Shown in pieces: positions 21,309-34,269 of a DNA stretch of 64,000 nt; positions within the stretch are counted from its first letter, which is position 1, and each line of letters opens with the position of its first letter. The stretch lies in contig JAUZTB010000027.1 of the NCBI GenBank assembly GCA_034780895.1, forward strand, positions 23,726,886 through 23,790,885, written 5' to 3'. A program made the position numbers and the translations under genes. Origin of the DNA: Rhynchobatus australiae (taxonomy: Eukaryota). The notes beneath the pieces are model-generated. The model made no database searches and was not told where the DNA came from. It was given only the letters and a program-made list of their open reading frames with translations.

Positions 21309-21899
21309 TACTTTTTAACATCAATGTTGAAGAAAACACTCACTATTGGATTAAGCACACACAATGGACTTTGAAAGGTGTCTGAAAAACCCATTACAAG
21401 TTCCAAAGCTGACCAGTCAGGTCCTCCAATAGCAGGAGAGTATCTATTTAAAGAGGAAGCTTGGGGACTTTGGAGACAGGACATCATAAAGGTAACAAAT
21501 AATAAGGTTCTCTCATTTGAATGAGATTTCCCTACAACAGTTGCATGTGAAGCATTGAGATCCTATTTATGTCAGGTCTGGCTGAAATGGGGATTGCTAG
21601 TATAATCTATTCCAGGTAAAATCAATTTTTATATGCTTAAGACAGATTTTGACACAGTATGATCTAATTTCTAGGCTAAGTGTCTCTTTGAATGGAACAG
21701 GGTTTATTGAAGTGATAAGAATATTGCATACCATGAGATCAATAAAGCATTGTGTATGTGTAACAAAAACGTAAAGTTAGGGGTTTCCAGTTACAAATCA
21801 AACTGTCTGGCCTCATTGTCATAGTAATTCTTCTCTTCAATGAGAATTGATGCAAGTTATTGTCTTCTGTTTCTTTTGCCAATGAACAGTGTAGTACAT

Positions 21900-22499
21900 G
21901 TCAGTACTTCGTGATAAATGGTTAAATTATTAGAGATCACCAGCTAGTTTCTGATCTCAGCTGGCTCATCAGGAAAAAGCTTTAAAGAAAAACCAAAAAA
22001 CAAGGAAGAAAGAATAATCAAAGCAGTAGGTCAAGGCAGATCTTTGTCTACCCTGAGAGGTAGCTGGTTATGAACTAGAATTGCTCAATGTATACAAAAG
22101 GAATATCTTTGTATGTCTTTGGTTATAGAAAGATGTTTGTGTGAGTGGCAAAGGCAGAGAAGAGTAGGAAAAACATTGAATGGATATGTTGAACATTGTG
22201 GAGCAACTCTTTTCAAAATTGTATATTTTGCACCACTTTCCAACTGGGAACATCCTAAGGGCTGACAGCAAGAAATTAACACAGATAGTAGTGTATTTTT
22301 TTCAGTCTCAGCTTCTGAAACCCATTATTTTCAGACTGGAATACAGGTCTATTTCATAACCAGCTACCTCACTAGGTTTAACTATTGCTTCCTCCTTCAT
22401 TGTTTTTAAAGCTTTTCCCGATGATCCAGCTGAGATCCGGAACTAACTAGTCAGTGATCTCTGAAATGGTCAGTATTTAGTGATAAATGGTTAAATTAT
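21900..22499. mobile_element. Foldback element with long subterminal inverted repeats and 31-bp terminal direct repeats (Crypton-like non-autonomous element by inference)
   Basis: Inverted arms at 21931-21986 / about 22405-22464 and at 22057-22079 / 22348-22370. Direct repeats at 21900-21930 and 22469-22499 match at 29 of 31 positions. Confidence 0.7.
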
Positions 22500-24286
22500 C
22501 AGAATTAAATCAAGTCACACTAGAAATTCAATTGTGTACTTTTGGTACAAAATACCCTAGTGCAGATAACATGATTTCTGGAAGAGGTTAATCCCTGTCC
22601 AAATGGGAAATTAGCTACCTTGTTCGAAAGAGCATCTATTGTTGGCCACTTTTGGAACAGATCTGCTTTCCTGCTGCCAAACTTGCAATATCTCTCTGAT
22701 CAAGACCCAGCTCTCTGGGCACCACCCCCCCCATTTCAAGGCTTTGACCCTCGACCTTCTTACTACCCTGAGTCTTTGGCCATTCCCATCCACAGAACCC
22801 TTGGATCTGGTTCCATTCTTGCTTCATTTTGTTTCATTTGTTATTGATTACTTTTATTAAAATGTTCACTTTTTAATCATTTTTATCCCATTGTGAGTTT
22901 AAAATCTTGTTAGGGAGATAGATACTAGGAGGGCAAAAGTGATCAAGAGAAGGAGGTTGAGAATGAGGATGACTGGGATAGAGAAGAAGGGAACAAGTTG
23001 TGAAAGGAAGAAGGTAGTGACGAAAGGAATTTCAGTCGGCTGGGGGAGGTGTGATGTGGAAGTAATGGCCAGCATGGCCTAGGTTTTAATGTGAGGCAGA
23101 GACAAGTTTCTTGGCTCCACACATAACCATGGCTCACTTTTGTTCCTTTAGAAACCACTGGGTAGATAATACATAGACCTGGTCTTTCTGAATGCTATTG
23201 GCCTGCCGCAGGATGCTGTCAGAGCTATCTGATTTTGCAAAGTGGGGCTAAAGCAACCACTAAACCCCTTACCTGCAGGGTGCATGAACAAAGGACATGG
23301 ACAATTCTTTTAATATTTATACCATTACAAAGGACTTTGCACACCAGCATGGAATCTGTGCATGCACACTGCTCTGCACATTGGACAACTTGACACCATT
23401 TCAATGCCTAGAAACAGATGCACTTCATCTAATTTCCAGATCACCAAGGTTCTTATATTTCTAAGTGCAGGACTTCATGTGAGTGAAATCCACTTTTGTG
23501 GAAAAACCCTTCATATAAATTTACAGAGATAATTATAAAATATTTAATATTCAAATGGATAAACTGTAAAAATGCTCACATGATTTAATGTCTGGCCATT
23601 ACTTCCCATCTACAAAATATGCAACATCTGAAAAGACAATTTGTGAAAAGGGTTTTAGTGGAAAAAGGGTAGACTGAAATGAGACAAGTAAAACTGAATC
23701 TGTTTGCAAGATGTAACTAAACAATTGTTCCTGGTTGATTTCTAAAGAAGTAAATTGATTCTATTAGATTTGAATGTCAAGCAGAACATTACAGATAATT
23801 TAGAAATCCTAATCCATAGATTCATGAAAATTTGCAGCATTTTAGGCCATTCCCACATTAGCGAGTATTTGCATTGAAAGTAATCCTCACTACTGAATGT
23901 AACAATAAAATTGTTTGGAATTTCATTACACATCAGAGTCACTAGCCTTCTTTCATGAACTTAACTATGGCGTAAAACTTCAGGCATAAAACAAAATTCA
24001 CTACTTTTTGCTTCATTATACATAGCAATCTATATTCCCCTGAAATATTTAGAAGTTATAAGAATGAAAATGTTCTCAAAGAAGCTTTTATCCCTATAAG
24101 ACACAAGTTTGCTTCCTAAACGAGCATAAATTTGGTTAACTGATATTTAGTAGCAATACCAAAAAGCAAGATAAAGAAGAAAAAATAAAGAAAGATTCTA
24201 AAATCACTCACTCATTCAACTTTTGTGCATTAATTTCCTGTTTACAATGTTTCACTAAGTGACTCTAACACCCACTGTTAACTTAC

Positions 24287-24357
24287 CCCCAAGAGCAACA
24301 GCAGCAAATGCGTTCCCATTGTCCAAAGACTTTGTCTGAATACGTTAAGAGCACAGA
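24287..24357 (-). other. Candidate small upstream exon of ZNF469
   Basis: Donor GGG|GTAAGT (plus acttac, 24281-24286). Candidate acceptors: ctgttttagacttgcag (exon start 24357), gctgttttag (24365) or cttaacgtattcag (24335). Contains acaATGG at 24319 and lies in sequence that does not look repetitive. Confidence 0.4.
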
Positions 24358-25171
24358 CTGCAAGTCTAAAACAGCTGCATCCAATAACTAATAATAGCAG
24401 CCTAACATTTTTGTATTTTTTTTATTTAAAAAGGTTGCACATTCAATGGGTGAAGTATATATTTTATACGTTTTTCAGCCCTATTTGATTTGTGTTCTGT
24501 TTATACAGAGGATACATTTCACATTTTGATCTTAAGACAGCCAGCACAAGATAAATCTAATATCAACTATCAACGTTCAGATTAAATGTTATTTTCAAAA
24601 AATGGTCAGACAGGCCTGTTATTTGCTTGGGCTTCATTCCCTGACATAATCTACAAACATTTACTTTTTCATTCATTTGATTTTGAGGCTCTGATGATGT
24701 CTTTTGGTTGGTTCTACAATAAATATATTCATGATTTTCGGAAAAGATTTAGGCTTGAGCAGTCTGAGTGTTCAAAAGTTCATTTGTTAACTTCTTTCCA
24801 CGATGCCTCTGGTTTGTGGAGTGGGAATCCCACTGTGGAATAAGTGACACACCATCCATTTCATTACCAGACATAGCAACAGAAGTCAGCTGTACCTCAG
24901 CTGCCTTTTAACCAAAAAAAACAAATGATTCTTAATGTAGGCAATAGATAAAGTAATAAATCTACATTAAATAACTTGATTACTTCAGCTCTAGCGGTTA
25001 TTTTGTGATATATCCAGAATAAATGAAAAAAAAGATTTGATACTCTTCTATATTTAATTGCTAATAGCCTTTCTCTGGAATTGGTAAGGCAAACTGGTGG
25101 CAGCCTGGAGAATTTCAGCCTCAGAAGCTACCCAGTTTTCTAAAACTTTTAACTCAAACATGATCATAGCT

Positions 25172-25425
25172 TCATATAAGATGGAAACAGGCCCTTCAGC
25201 CCATTGAGTCTACATTGACCATCAAACACCCATTTACACTAATCCTACTTTATTCTCCCCCAATTCCACCACTTACCAACACAGAAGGAGCAATTTACAG
25301 TATCTAATTAATTAACTAACCTGCACACCTTTGGGATGTAGGAGGAAACCGCAACAACTGGAGGAATCCAATACAGTCATAGGAAGAACTGTGAGGCAGC
25401 AGTTTTACTAAATGTATCGTGTGTT
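25172..25425 (-). mobile_element. HE1-type V-SINE
   Basis: Reverse-complement CR1-like tail (aaacaggcccttcagcccattgagtc), V-domain (gcaatttacag..ttgggatgtaggaggaaacc) and tRNA-head remnant (tgtgaggcagcag). Confidence 0.75.
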
Positions 25426-25879
25426 ATCCAAAATATGTTCCTTAATTATCTATGCTTCTTTGTTTTTGCCAATCTTCTCTTTTCCCTACCAAAAGATGTT
25501 GATTATTTACTGTGATCTGATTTCACTGTCATTAATTTTCCAACAATTCACCAATAAGGCCCTTTATCAAGTATTTAGCCATACAGAGCAGTAGAGTAAG
25601 TACTTATCTAGTCTCTGCTACTATCCACATGTGCACTATGTCATTAAATGATGAGAATTAAGAATAAAGATGATTTTCCCCTACATAACCAGAGTTCAAT
25701 TCTTATTTGCCTTTTTTTATCCTAGGTGAAATCAGTTAACTTTCAGTTCAATCTTCAATGTTTTTGGATGGTTCAGATTCAGCTCTAGTCAACTGTGCCA
25801 CTGTGGACAATTTTTTTTTACTTAATTGAATTTAGTCTGACACAAAATTAGTTCTCCACAATTTTGCAGCTGACTGAAA

Positions 25880-26130
25880 TAAATTAGAAAATGTGGAGAA
25901 TACTCAGCAGGTAAGGTAGCATCAGTGCACAGAGAAACAAAGTTAACATTTCTAGTCAATGGTCATTCATCAAGAATGGGAAAAGTGAGAAATAAAAGTC
26001 CGTTTTAGGTGGCAAATTGGGTAGGTGTGGAATGGAGAGAACAAGGTAATGTTTTGGTAGGGTGAAGTCTAGGGTTGTTGAATGACACAATGGTTTCTGG
26101 TGCTGTCCAAACAAAGGAACTGTATCTGCA
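25880..26130 (-). mobile_element. Penelope-like terminal fragment
   Basis: aatactcagcaggtaaggtagcatcagtgcacagagaaacaaagttaacatttc..ttcatca is the reverse complement of the terminus, with a degenerate TGATGA..GAAA. Confidence 0.6.
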
Positions 26131-26549
26131 GTTTTTACTTTTCAGTAGCTGACTGGATTATATTTCTTAACAATCTGTAACTTGCTCCCCGAACACCCTA
26201 ATCATTCAACTGAATATATCATTCATGAATACATAAGAAACATGTTGCATGGGTGATTATCTGTAAGATTTAGAATTGAAGTACTTCATAAACATATTTG
26301 TATATTAATCCAACTATAGCTGATCAATTTTTTTTAGGCCACAGCACTAGCACTTAAAGCTAAAAAAATTATCCTATAATCATCTGAGGAATATAACAAA
26401 TAATAAAGTTTTATGAAGTACACAGTTCAAAAGGATGTCTGAAACAAAAATATCAGCAGAAAAGGACATACTAACATGACTTGTTTTGATTAGCTCTTGA
26501 GGCTATATCCATGTCAGTCAACACTGAATTTTCTACTCTATGGCAACAT

Positions 26550-28985
26550 TCATAAAATCATAATTATACAGCACAGAAACAGGCCCTTCAGCCCACCATG
26601 CCCATGCCGACCTTTCTGTCCATTTCTATGAATCCCATCTATCCTCATTAGGTCTGCATCCTTCTATGCCTTGTCTATTTAAGTGTTTTTCAAAATGTCT
26701 CTCAAACATATGGATTGTACTTGATTCCATCACCATCCTGGTAATGCATTCCAGAGAGCAACCACTCTCTCTGTGGGGGAAGTAACTTAGCCCTCAAATC
26801 CCCTTTAAAACTTCTTCCTCTCACCTTAAGTCTATGTCCCTTTGTTTTTTGTATCCCTATCATGGAAAAAATATTCTATCTACCCTACCTATGACTCTTA
26901 TAATTTTATAAATTATGTCATGTCACCCTTCAGCCTCCTTTGCTCCAGGGGAAACAAGCACAGCCTATCCAATTTTTCTGTAACTAAAGTGCTCCAATCC
27001 AGATAGCAAGCTGGTGAATCTCCTCTGTACTCTCTCCAGTACAACCACATCATTTCTACAATGTCACAACCAGACCTGCGCACAATATTCCAAATGCAGT
27101 CTGACCAGTGTTTTATAGAGTTGCAACATAACATCCCAACTTTTATCTTCTATGCCTGACACACATATATATAAAAGCATTCCATCTGCCTTTTTCAATA
27201 CTTTATATACCAGTATTGCCACTGGAAGAGAACTACAGACATGAACCTCAAGGCCCCTCTGTTCATCAATATTCTTTAGCATCCTACCACTTACAATGCA
27301 TGACCCACAACTTCGTGGGCTTAAAGGGCCTATTCCTGTGCTGTACTGTTCTACGTTCTATGCCCTACCCCCATTTACTTCCCAAAATGAATCACTTCGC
27401 ACGTCAGGATTAAACTCCATTGGGCAACACTTTGCCCGATTTTCCATCTGATCTATATCCTGCTGTAGCCTTAGACAACCTTCCTCATTATCCACAGCCA
27501 CACCAATTTACACATCATCTCCAAACTTACAAATCATTTCTCCTACACGCCAACCAAGTCATTAATATATATCACAAACAACAAGGGTCTCTCAGCACTG
27601 ATCCCTGTAGTACACCATTGGTCACAGACTTTCAATTAGAAAAGCAACCTTCCACTACCACCTTCTGTCTCCTGTCACCACACTAATTTTCGATCCCCTT
27701 ATCTAGTTTGCCTTGGATCCAATGTCCCATGCATGTACACCTTCTGGACCAGCCTACCATGTAAGATTCTTTCAAATGCCTCACTAAAGTTCACACTAAC
27801 TACATCTAGCACCCTACCTTCATCAATCTCCTTAGTTACCTCCTCAAAAATACTCAATCAAATGAGTGAGCCCAGATTTCCTTTGCACAAAGCCATGTTG
27901 ACTATCCCTGCTCAGTCCCTCCCTGCCAGATGTACATAAATTCTATCATAAATTTATGTATACATAAATTATATACATAGTTTCTCCAATAATTTCACTA
28001 CCACTGATGTAAGGCTCACTGGCCTGTTGTTTGCTGGCTTATTGCTGTTGTCCTTCTTAAATAAAGGAACAAATTTACTGCATTGCTCTGTACCTCACCC
28101 TTGACTAACAAAGGTATAAAAGTCTCCATCAGGGCCCCAGAATTATCTCTTCCCTTGCTTCTCATAGAATCTTGGGATAGATCTCATCTGGCCCTGGGGA
28201 TTTATCAACCTTATGCAACCCATGACATCTAACACCTCGCCCTTCTTAATACTGATGTGCTCCAGACTATCAACATATCTTCCAAGTCATTCTCCTTGGT
28301 GAATACAGATGAGAGGCATTCATTGAGGACCTTGCTCAGATACCCTGACTCCATACACTGATTACCACTTCGGTCCTTGAGGGGACCTACTCTTTCCTTC
28401 GCTACCCTCTTGCTCCTGATATAGAATATCTTGGGATTTTCCTTAATCTTACCTGTCAAAGATATTTCATTGTCCCTTCTTACCCTTGAAATTCCTTGTT
28501 TAAGTTCTCTCCTACACCCTCTATATTCCTCAAGAGACTCACTTGATTCTACTTGCCTATCCCCATCACATACTTACTTTTATTCCTGATCAAACCTTCA
28601 ATATCCTTTGTCATCCAAGGTTCCCTTATCATGCCATTTTCACTTTTCACCCTTACCAGAATGTGCTCGCCTTGAACTCTTACTAACTCTTTCAAAAGAC
28701 TTCCATTTGTCAGGTGTCTGCTTTACCCACTAGCGTTTTCTCCCAGTCTACTTTTGCCAGGACCTCTTGTGCTATTGAAATCAGCCTTCTCCCAATTTAG
28801 AATGTTAACTTGAGGACCAATCTATACCCTTTTCACAGGTACCTTGAAACTTACAAAATTATGGTCACTGTTCCCAAAGTGTTCTCCCACCAACATGTTC
28901 AACACTGGCCCAGTTCCATTTCCTAAGATAATGTCAAGTACTGCCTCATCTCTACTAGAACTGTCTACATATTGCCTCAAAGTAG
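26550..28985 (-). mobile_element. CR1 LINE relic (ORF2 with frameshifts; 3' tail present)
   Basis: KIKENPKIFYIRSKRVAKERVGPLKD, EQRGLEVHV, LQLYKTLVRLHLEYCAQVW and LDRLCLFPLEQRRLKGD; tail acagcacagaaacaggcccttcagcccacc. Confidence 0.9.
27303..27362 (+). mobile_element. About 60-bp CR1/HE1 3'-tail insertion nested in the opposite-strand CR1
   Basis: gtgggcttaaagggcctattcctgtgctgtactgttctacgttcta interrupts the host sequence and is flanked by atg on both sides. Confidence 0.7.
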
Positions 28986-29179
28986 CTTAACCATGTGAGA
29001 TTAGCAACTAAACAACTTTCAAGCTATATCATTATTTCAAATACCCACAAACTCATGATTTGTATAGGCTTTATATTGAAAAGCATAGGAAGCATATGGA
29101 TTTTGAAAGAATATCCAAGTCAAGAAAATAACCTTACTACTAAAATCACTGCAAAACAAAGTGATAACTAGTCATAAAT

Positions 29180-29310
29180 ATTCAGACTCAGCAGCATGTG
29201 TGGAGAGAGAAAAAGAGTTTATATTAATTCTGTTTCTCTCAGCAGAGATGCTGTCTAGCCTGCTTAGTGTTTTCAGGATGTTTGTTTTTATTTCAGGTTT
29301 ATAGTGCCTG
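29180..29310. mobile_element. Palindromic Penelope-terminus derivative (collapsed hairpin)
   Basis: cagcatgtgtggagagagaaaaagagtt pairs with aattctgtttctctcagcagagatgctg. Confidence 0.6.
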
Positions 29311-29384
29311 GAGTTTTTTTGTTTTTATTTCTAAAGTTTCACACTTCCTTCTAGCAGATTATATTATTTCCTTGTAAGGCGGAA

Positions 29385-29830
29385 CAGTGATAACGCACTT
29401 ATATAGTGGATCTAGCCTAATAAAATATGCCAAGGCACTTAAAAGGAGGAATTCCAAAGAAAACAATGGTAAGTCAATTAAGGAGGTTTTGGAATAGTTT
29501 TATGGAGTATTTAAAGGGTGAGAGAGATGTACAGGGTATAGGAAGAAAATTCCAAATGCTACTCTAAATAGATAAATGAGTGATTGAAGTAAGAGCTGCA
29601 CAAGTGATCTGCATTTGAAGAGTACAAAGATGTTGGAGAGTACTAAGGCTGGAGGAAGTTAGAGACGGAGTGGATAGTTTTGAAATAAGAAAGAATTTTA
29701 AACTTGAAGTGTTGTTGGACAAGATGGTAATGTTAGATTGCTAGAACAGGAGGAATGGGTTAAAAGAATTTGTTATAAATTAGAACACAGCCAGCCAAGT
29801 TTTGAATAAACTTACCAAGGGTTGAAATGT
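29385..29830 (-). mobile_element. L2-type LINE 3' relic
   Basis: Reverse-complement tail gcacttatatagtg..caaggcactt, followed by aggaggtttt..ttaaagggtgagagag..gaaaattcca. Confidence 0.5.
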
Positions 29831-29839
29831 GAAAAGCCT

Positions 29840-31675
29840 GAGCATGATGTAATAGCTATGACGAAACATGGTTGCAGGGTGACCAGGTCTGAGTGTTCAA
29901 TGTTCTAGGTTATATATTTTTCCAGAAGAACAGGCCAAAGCAGAAAGGAGGTGGGGTGACATTTGTTAATCATGGAAGGAATGACAGCAGTACTAAGTGA
30001 TAATATAAAGGCAGTGGATAGTGATGTGGAATTGGTTTGGGTTGAAGGTACTAACAAAGAAACGGCAGATAAATTGAATAAATCTTTCGCATTGCTTTCA
30101 GGTTAACTTCAAGTAACATGGTAGAACTTACAAAAATCCCTTCAGGGAGGAATAAAGGGAGAAACTCGGGGGAGGGGGGGAGTGGGGTGGGTGGTGCTAA
30201 AGGTGGATAAGTCACCAGGACTTAATGTGGCTGCACAGATAGTTGATCCACTGGTTGAAAATTTTCATAACTCATTAAACTCCACGAGATTGGAAAACAG
30301 CCAATAAGACACTCTTGTTCAGAAAAGGCCAGGAACTAAAGACCAGCCAGTTAAACAGCTATTATTGGCAAGATACTAGAGTCAATAATCAAAGAAGAAT
30401 AGCTAATCATTTAGAAAAGCTTAATCTAATTAAACCTAAATGTAAATCATATTTAACAAATTAGCCTGAATTCTATGAGGATCTAACAGGGAGAGTTCAT
30501 AGAAAGCAGCCTGTAGACGTAGTGTATTTAAATTTTCAAAAGGCATTTAATGAGGTGTCACATAAGAGGCTGGTGTATAAATTAAAATCCCATGGTATTG
30601 GAGGAAGTATGTTAGAAGCAACTAAAAACTGGCTGTTTCATAGAAGAGAGAGAGAGTCGGAACAAATGGGTCCTATTCAGACCAGAAGGAGATAACTGGT
30701 CGAATACTGCAGGAATCAGTTCTTGGCCTGTAATTGTTCACTATTTTAATTAATGACCTGGAGAAAGAAACAGTACATAAGATTTCCAAATTTGCTGATG
30801 ATAGGTGGAAGGGCACGTTGTGATACTGTGATTCTGCGAGAGGATATAGTTAGAGTGAGTGAGCAAAAGATTGGCAAATGAAGTTTAATGTGGGGAAGTG
30901 TGAGGTCATGCACCTTGGTAAGAGAAATCAAAACGGAGAGAGACTGCAAATGAGTGAAGTTCAGAGGGATCTAAATGTTTCAGTATATGGATCACCAAAA
31001 GCTAACAGGCAGGCCAACAAGTAGTCAAGAAGGCACATGGTATTTTGGCCTTCTCTGTAAAGTGGGTGCAGTTTAAAAATAGGGACTGTGTGTTGCAATT
31101 GTACAGGGTGCTGGTGAGGCCTCATCGGGAATACTCTATACAAGTTTGGGCCCTTTCCCTAAAAAGATAGTGTTGGAGGCAGTACAAAGAAGATTCATCA
31201 GGCTACTTCCTAGGATGAGAGGGTTGCCCTAACAAGAGAGAATGAATAGTTTGGACCTGTATGCCTTGGAGTTTAGAAGAATGAGGAATGACGTTACTCA
31301 AACATATAAGATCCTAAGGGGGCTTGATAGGGTAGATGTTGGGATCTTTTCGTTAGTGGGAGAGTCTCAAATGAGGGGACATAGCTACAAGATAAGGGGC
31401 TGGTCATTTAAAACTGAGGTACGTAGAAATTTCTTCTCCCAGAGGGTGGTGAATCACTGGAATTCTCTGCCCCGGTGGGGGAGGTGGGGGGGTTGGTGGA
31501 AGTGTATCATTAAAGTGGAGGTGGATAAATATCTGATAGATCAAGAAATAGAGAGATATGGGGAACTGGCACAGAAGAGGAGTTGAGGCAGCATAGAAGA
31601 GCCAGGATCACATTAAGTGGTGGGACAGGCCTGATGGGCCTAGTGGCCTACTCCTGCTCCTATGTCCTTGTGTTC
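29840..31675 (+). mobile_element. CR1 LINE relic with internal deletions (endonuclease start, RT, 3' tail)
   Basis: HDVIAMTKHG-like APE start, VDVVYLNFQKAFNEVSHKRL, KISKFADD and LYALEFRRMRND..RRNFFSQRVVNHWNSLP; tail ggcctactcctgctcctatgtc. Confidence 0.9.
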
Positions 31676-32644
31676 GCTCTTTGAAGAGAGCTATGGGTTC
31701 TAACATAACTATTGCAGGCTTCTGAAGACTTAAACCAGTATTAGACAGCAGCAGTGACTGAGTAATACAAAATTCAATTACGTTTGAAATGTAAATTGCT
31801 TTTAGATAAGATTCTGTAAGAACCATAACATGAGTCTTTTTCTTCTTTTTGCAATAACCACATTCATACATTTTTTTCCCCATGAAACTGAAATGCATCT
31901 TTTAATGTACTGAAGAAGATATTAAGAATACACTTGATCAAGGGTCACTTACACTGAGAAATACCTTGTTAACCAGATAAATATATTTCAGTTTAAACAA
32001 TTACTAGTGTCAATGAACCTAAAAATAAAAATCAAATGTTTACTTTAATTTTAGTTGGAAGTGGGTAGGTAAATTTCTTGTCATTATCAATATAATTCAT
32101 GTTGTGGAAACTGGAGTACTTTCACTTTTCTCAACCAAAAACTTCTCCTTTATCCAGACAGAGTTCCAATGCAATTAAAGTTTTCTACACTTCCCAACAA
32201 TGTGCCTACAATTCAACTTAAGAAAGCGAGTTTCCACCACAATGGGATAACATTTCCATTAGCCAAACAGTAATTCTCATGTTCTTTCCTATGAGCAGGA
32301 TTATCATCAACTTATGAGATATGAAAAGGAGATTTATGTATGTTCAAATTTTTCTCATTTACAATCATAGCTAAAAGGAGTGCATTGTGACAAAAGAAAT
32401 GCAGCAAATTAATATGGAAATGTTAAAATTGAAAGGACACACAGCTGTGTCCTACTGCTGTTCCTGCATCAGCATACTCCCCCCAAAGAGGAAGGAAGGG
32501 TCAACTTAAGAAGTATAGGTTGATTAGATACAAGTCCCATTGTCATATCCCACTGTCTGTAAAAGCCAATTGTGGAAAATGCCAACTTGGTTTTCAGAAA
32601 CAACGGTCTGTTGCACTGACCTTATTGCTACAGGAACATTGAGG

Positions 32645-33150
32645 TAGGTTATTTGTAAAATATTTGTTTATGGGTTGTAGATGTCACAGGCAAGATCACC
32701 ATAAGTTGTCCATCCATAATTGTCCCGGAGCTTAGTGGCTTGCTAAGCTCTTGCACAGGACAGTTTAGTGTCCACCACATTGGTGGACCTGGAGTTGCAT
32801 ACAGACTGAAGTACATAAGGATGGCAAATTTTCTTTGTTGAAATTCATTAGTGAAACAGATGTGNNNNNNNNNNNNNNNNNNNNNNNNNNNNNNNNNNNN
32901 NNNNNNNNNNNNNNNNNNNNNNNNNNNNNNNNNNNNNNNNNNNNNNNNNNNNNNNNNNNNNNNNTGTTGAAATTCATTAGTGAAACAGATGTGTCTTTGT
33001 AACTGTAGAGTAGCTTTTATAGTAATCATCACTTATACTGGCATTTATTTTTCTTCCATATTTATTTAATCATGGACATTCCCCATCATGAGATTAGAAC
33101 TCATGTCCAATGGTCCTTTCTGCAGTCCATTTGACTAATCCAGTAATTTA
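32645..33150 (-). mobile_element. tRNA-derived SINE with CR1-type tail (spans a 100-N gap)
   Basis: tgggttgtagatgtcac..catccataattg..agtggcttgctaag..ccacattg..attagtgaaacagatg..gagattagaactcatgtc..gactaatccagt. Confidence 0.55.
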
Positions 33151-34269
33151 TCTGTACAGTAATCCATTTAGTTCCTTAAACCTGCCCTATCATTAAAACA
33201 AATAATGGCTAATCTGTGATCTAACTTCACATAACAGCCTTTTTCCAGTATCCTTAATATCTTTTGCATTCAGAAATCAATCTCAAATTTAAGATTAACC
33301 TGTGATCCTTTATGAAAAGCCACTTGTGGAGGTTTTCTAATTTCACTCTTGTAAGGCCTGTCTCTAAATGTTGTAGTCTTGTACTTGCGGTAAAAATTTC
33401 TATTATTTTCATGACTATTGATCTGGATTTTCTGGTAGCAGTGAGCCGCCCATGCTCACCAGCCACACACCCACTAAGTACACACTCATTTGAATGAGAC
33501 AACTACCTCAGTGAAACAACCTCTAATTTGATCCATAGCATATGGCCTTTTAGACATAAATGCCATCATAGAGTGGGGCTGAACAAGCCAAGCCTAAAAA
33601 ATTGCTGAAAATTATACAGGCTGAGCTATATTGTAGGCTTAATCTTCTGTCAGAATGCCAAATAGGAAGAATATTCATACAAAACTGTAAAAATTAATCA
33701 CAATATTAAAAACATTTTTAAAAAAACATAATATTAATAAACACTTAAAACAATTAAATACAGTTAAGTAAAGCACAATTCATAAAAAATACAGACTTCC
33801 TGTCTCTTGCAACCAAAATGGGGTTGCTGGAACTGTGCCAAATCTAATCTAATACAGGTTTTGCAGGCCAATTGTTGAAGGACAGCATGAAGACGCTCTG
33901 CCAAGAGTCCAACGTAAGAATGCAGTTAAGGAACTGCTATTGGGCACCTCTCAGGTGGTTCGGTACTTCTTGTCTGTGCACACTTGTGCATGTCCTGAGC
34001 TTCCTGATACTTGTACATGAACTGCCAGAGGTTGCACACCAAAGTGCTGGCATTTATTCGGAAAATCTGGCCCATTATTTATTTCTATTATAACAAGGAA
34101 ACATAGATTTTCAGTTTTATTTTTTGGAAACTAAAAATGCCAAAAGTAGTTATATTTTGGCACATTTGGTGTTTTTTCTAACTGTGATGTTTTTCAAGAG
34201 TTGCAAGAGATTTTAACCCTTTCTTTTCATTCTAAAAGTGCATCTATTACTGTTTTCTCCTATAAAGAA

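Noticed and set aside
32836-32993. 29-bp direct repeat flanking a 100-N gap
   Set aside because: Identical sequence abuts both gap edges, indicating an unmerged contig overlap rather than biology.
33570-34075. Possible MITE (gggctgaa..aaaatctggccc)
   Set aside because: The terminal inverted match is too weak to support a call.
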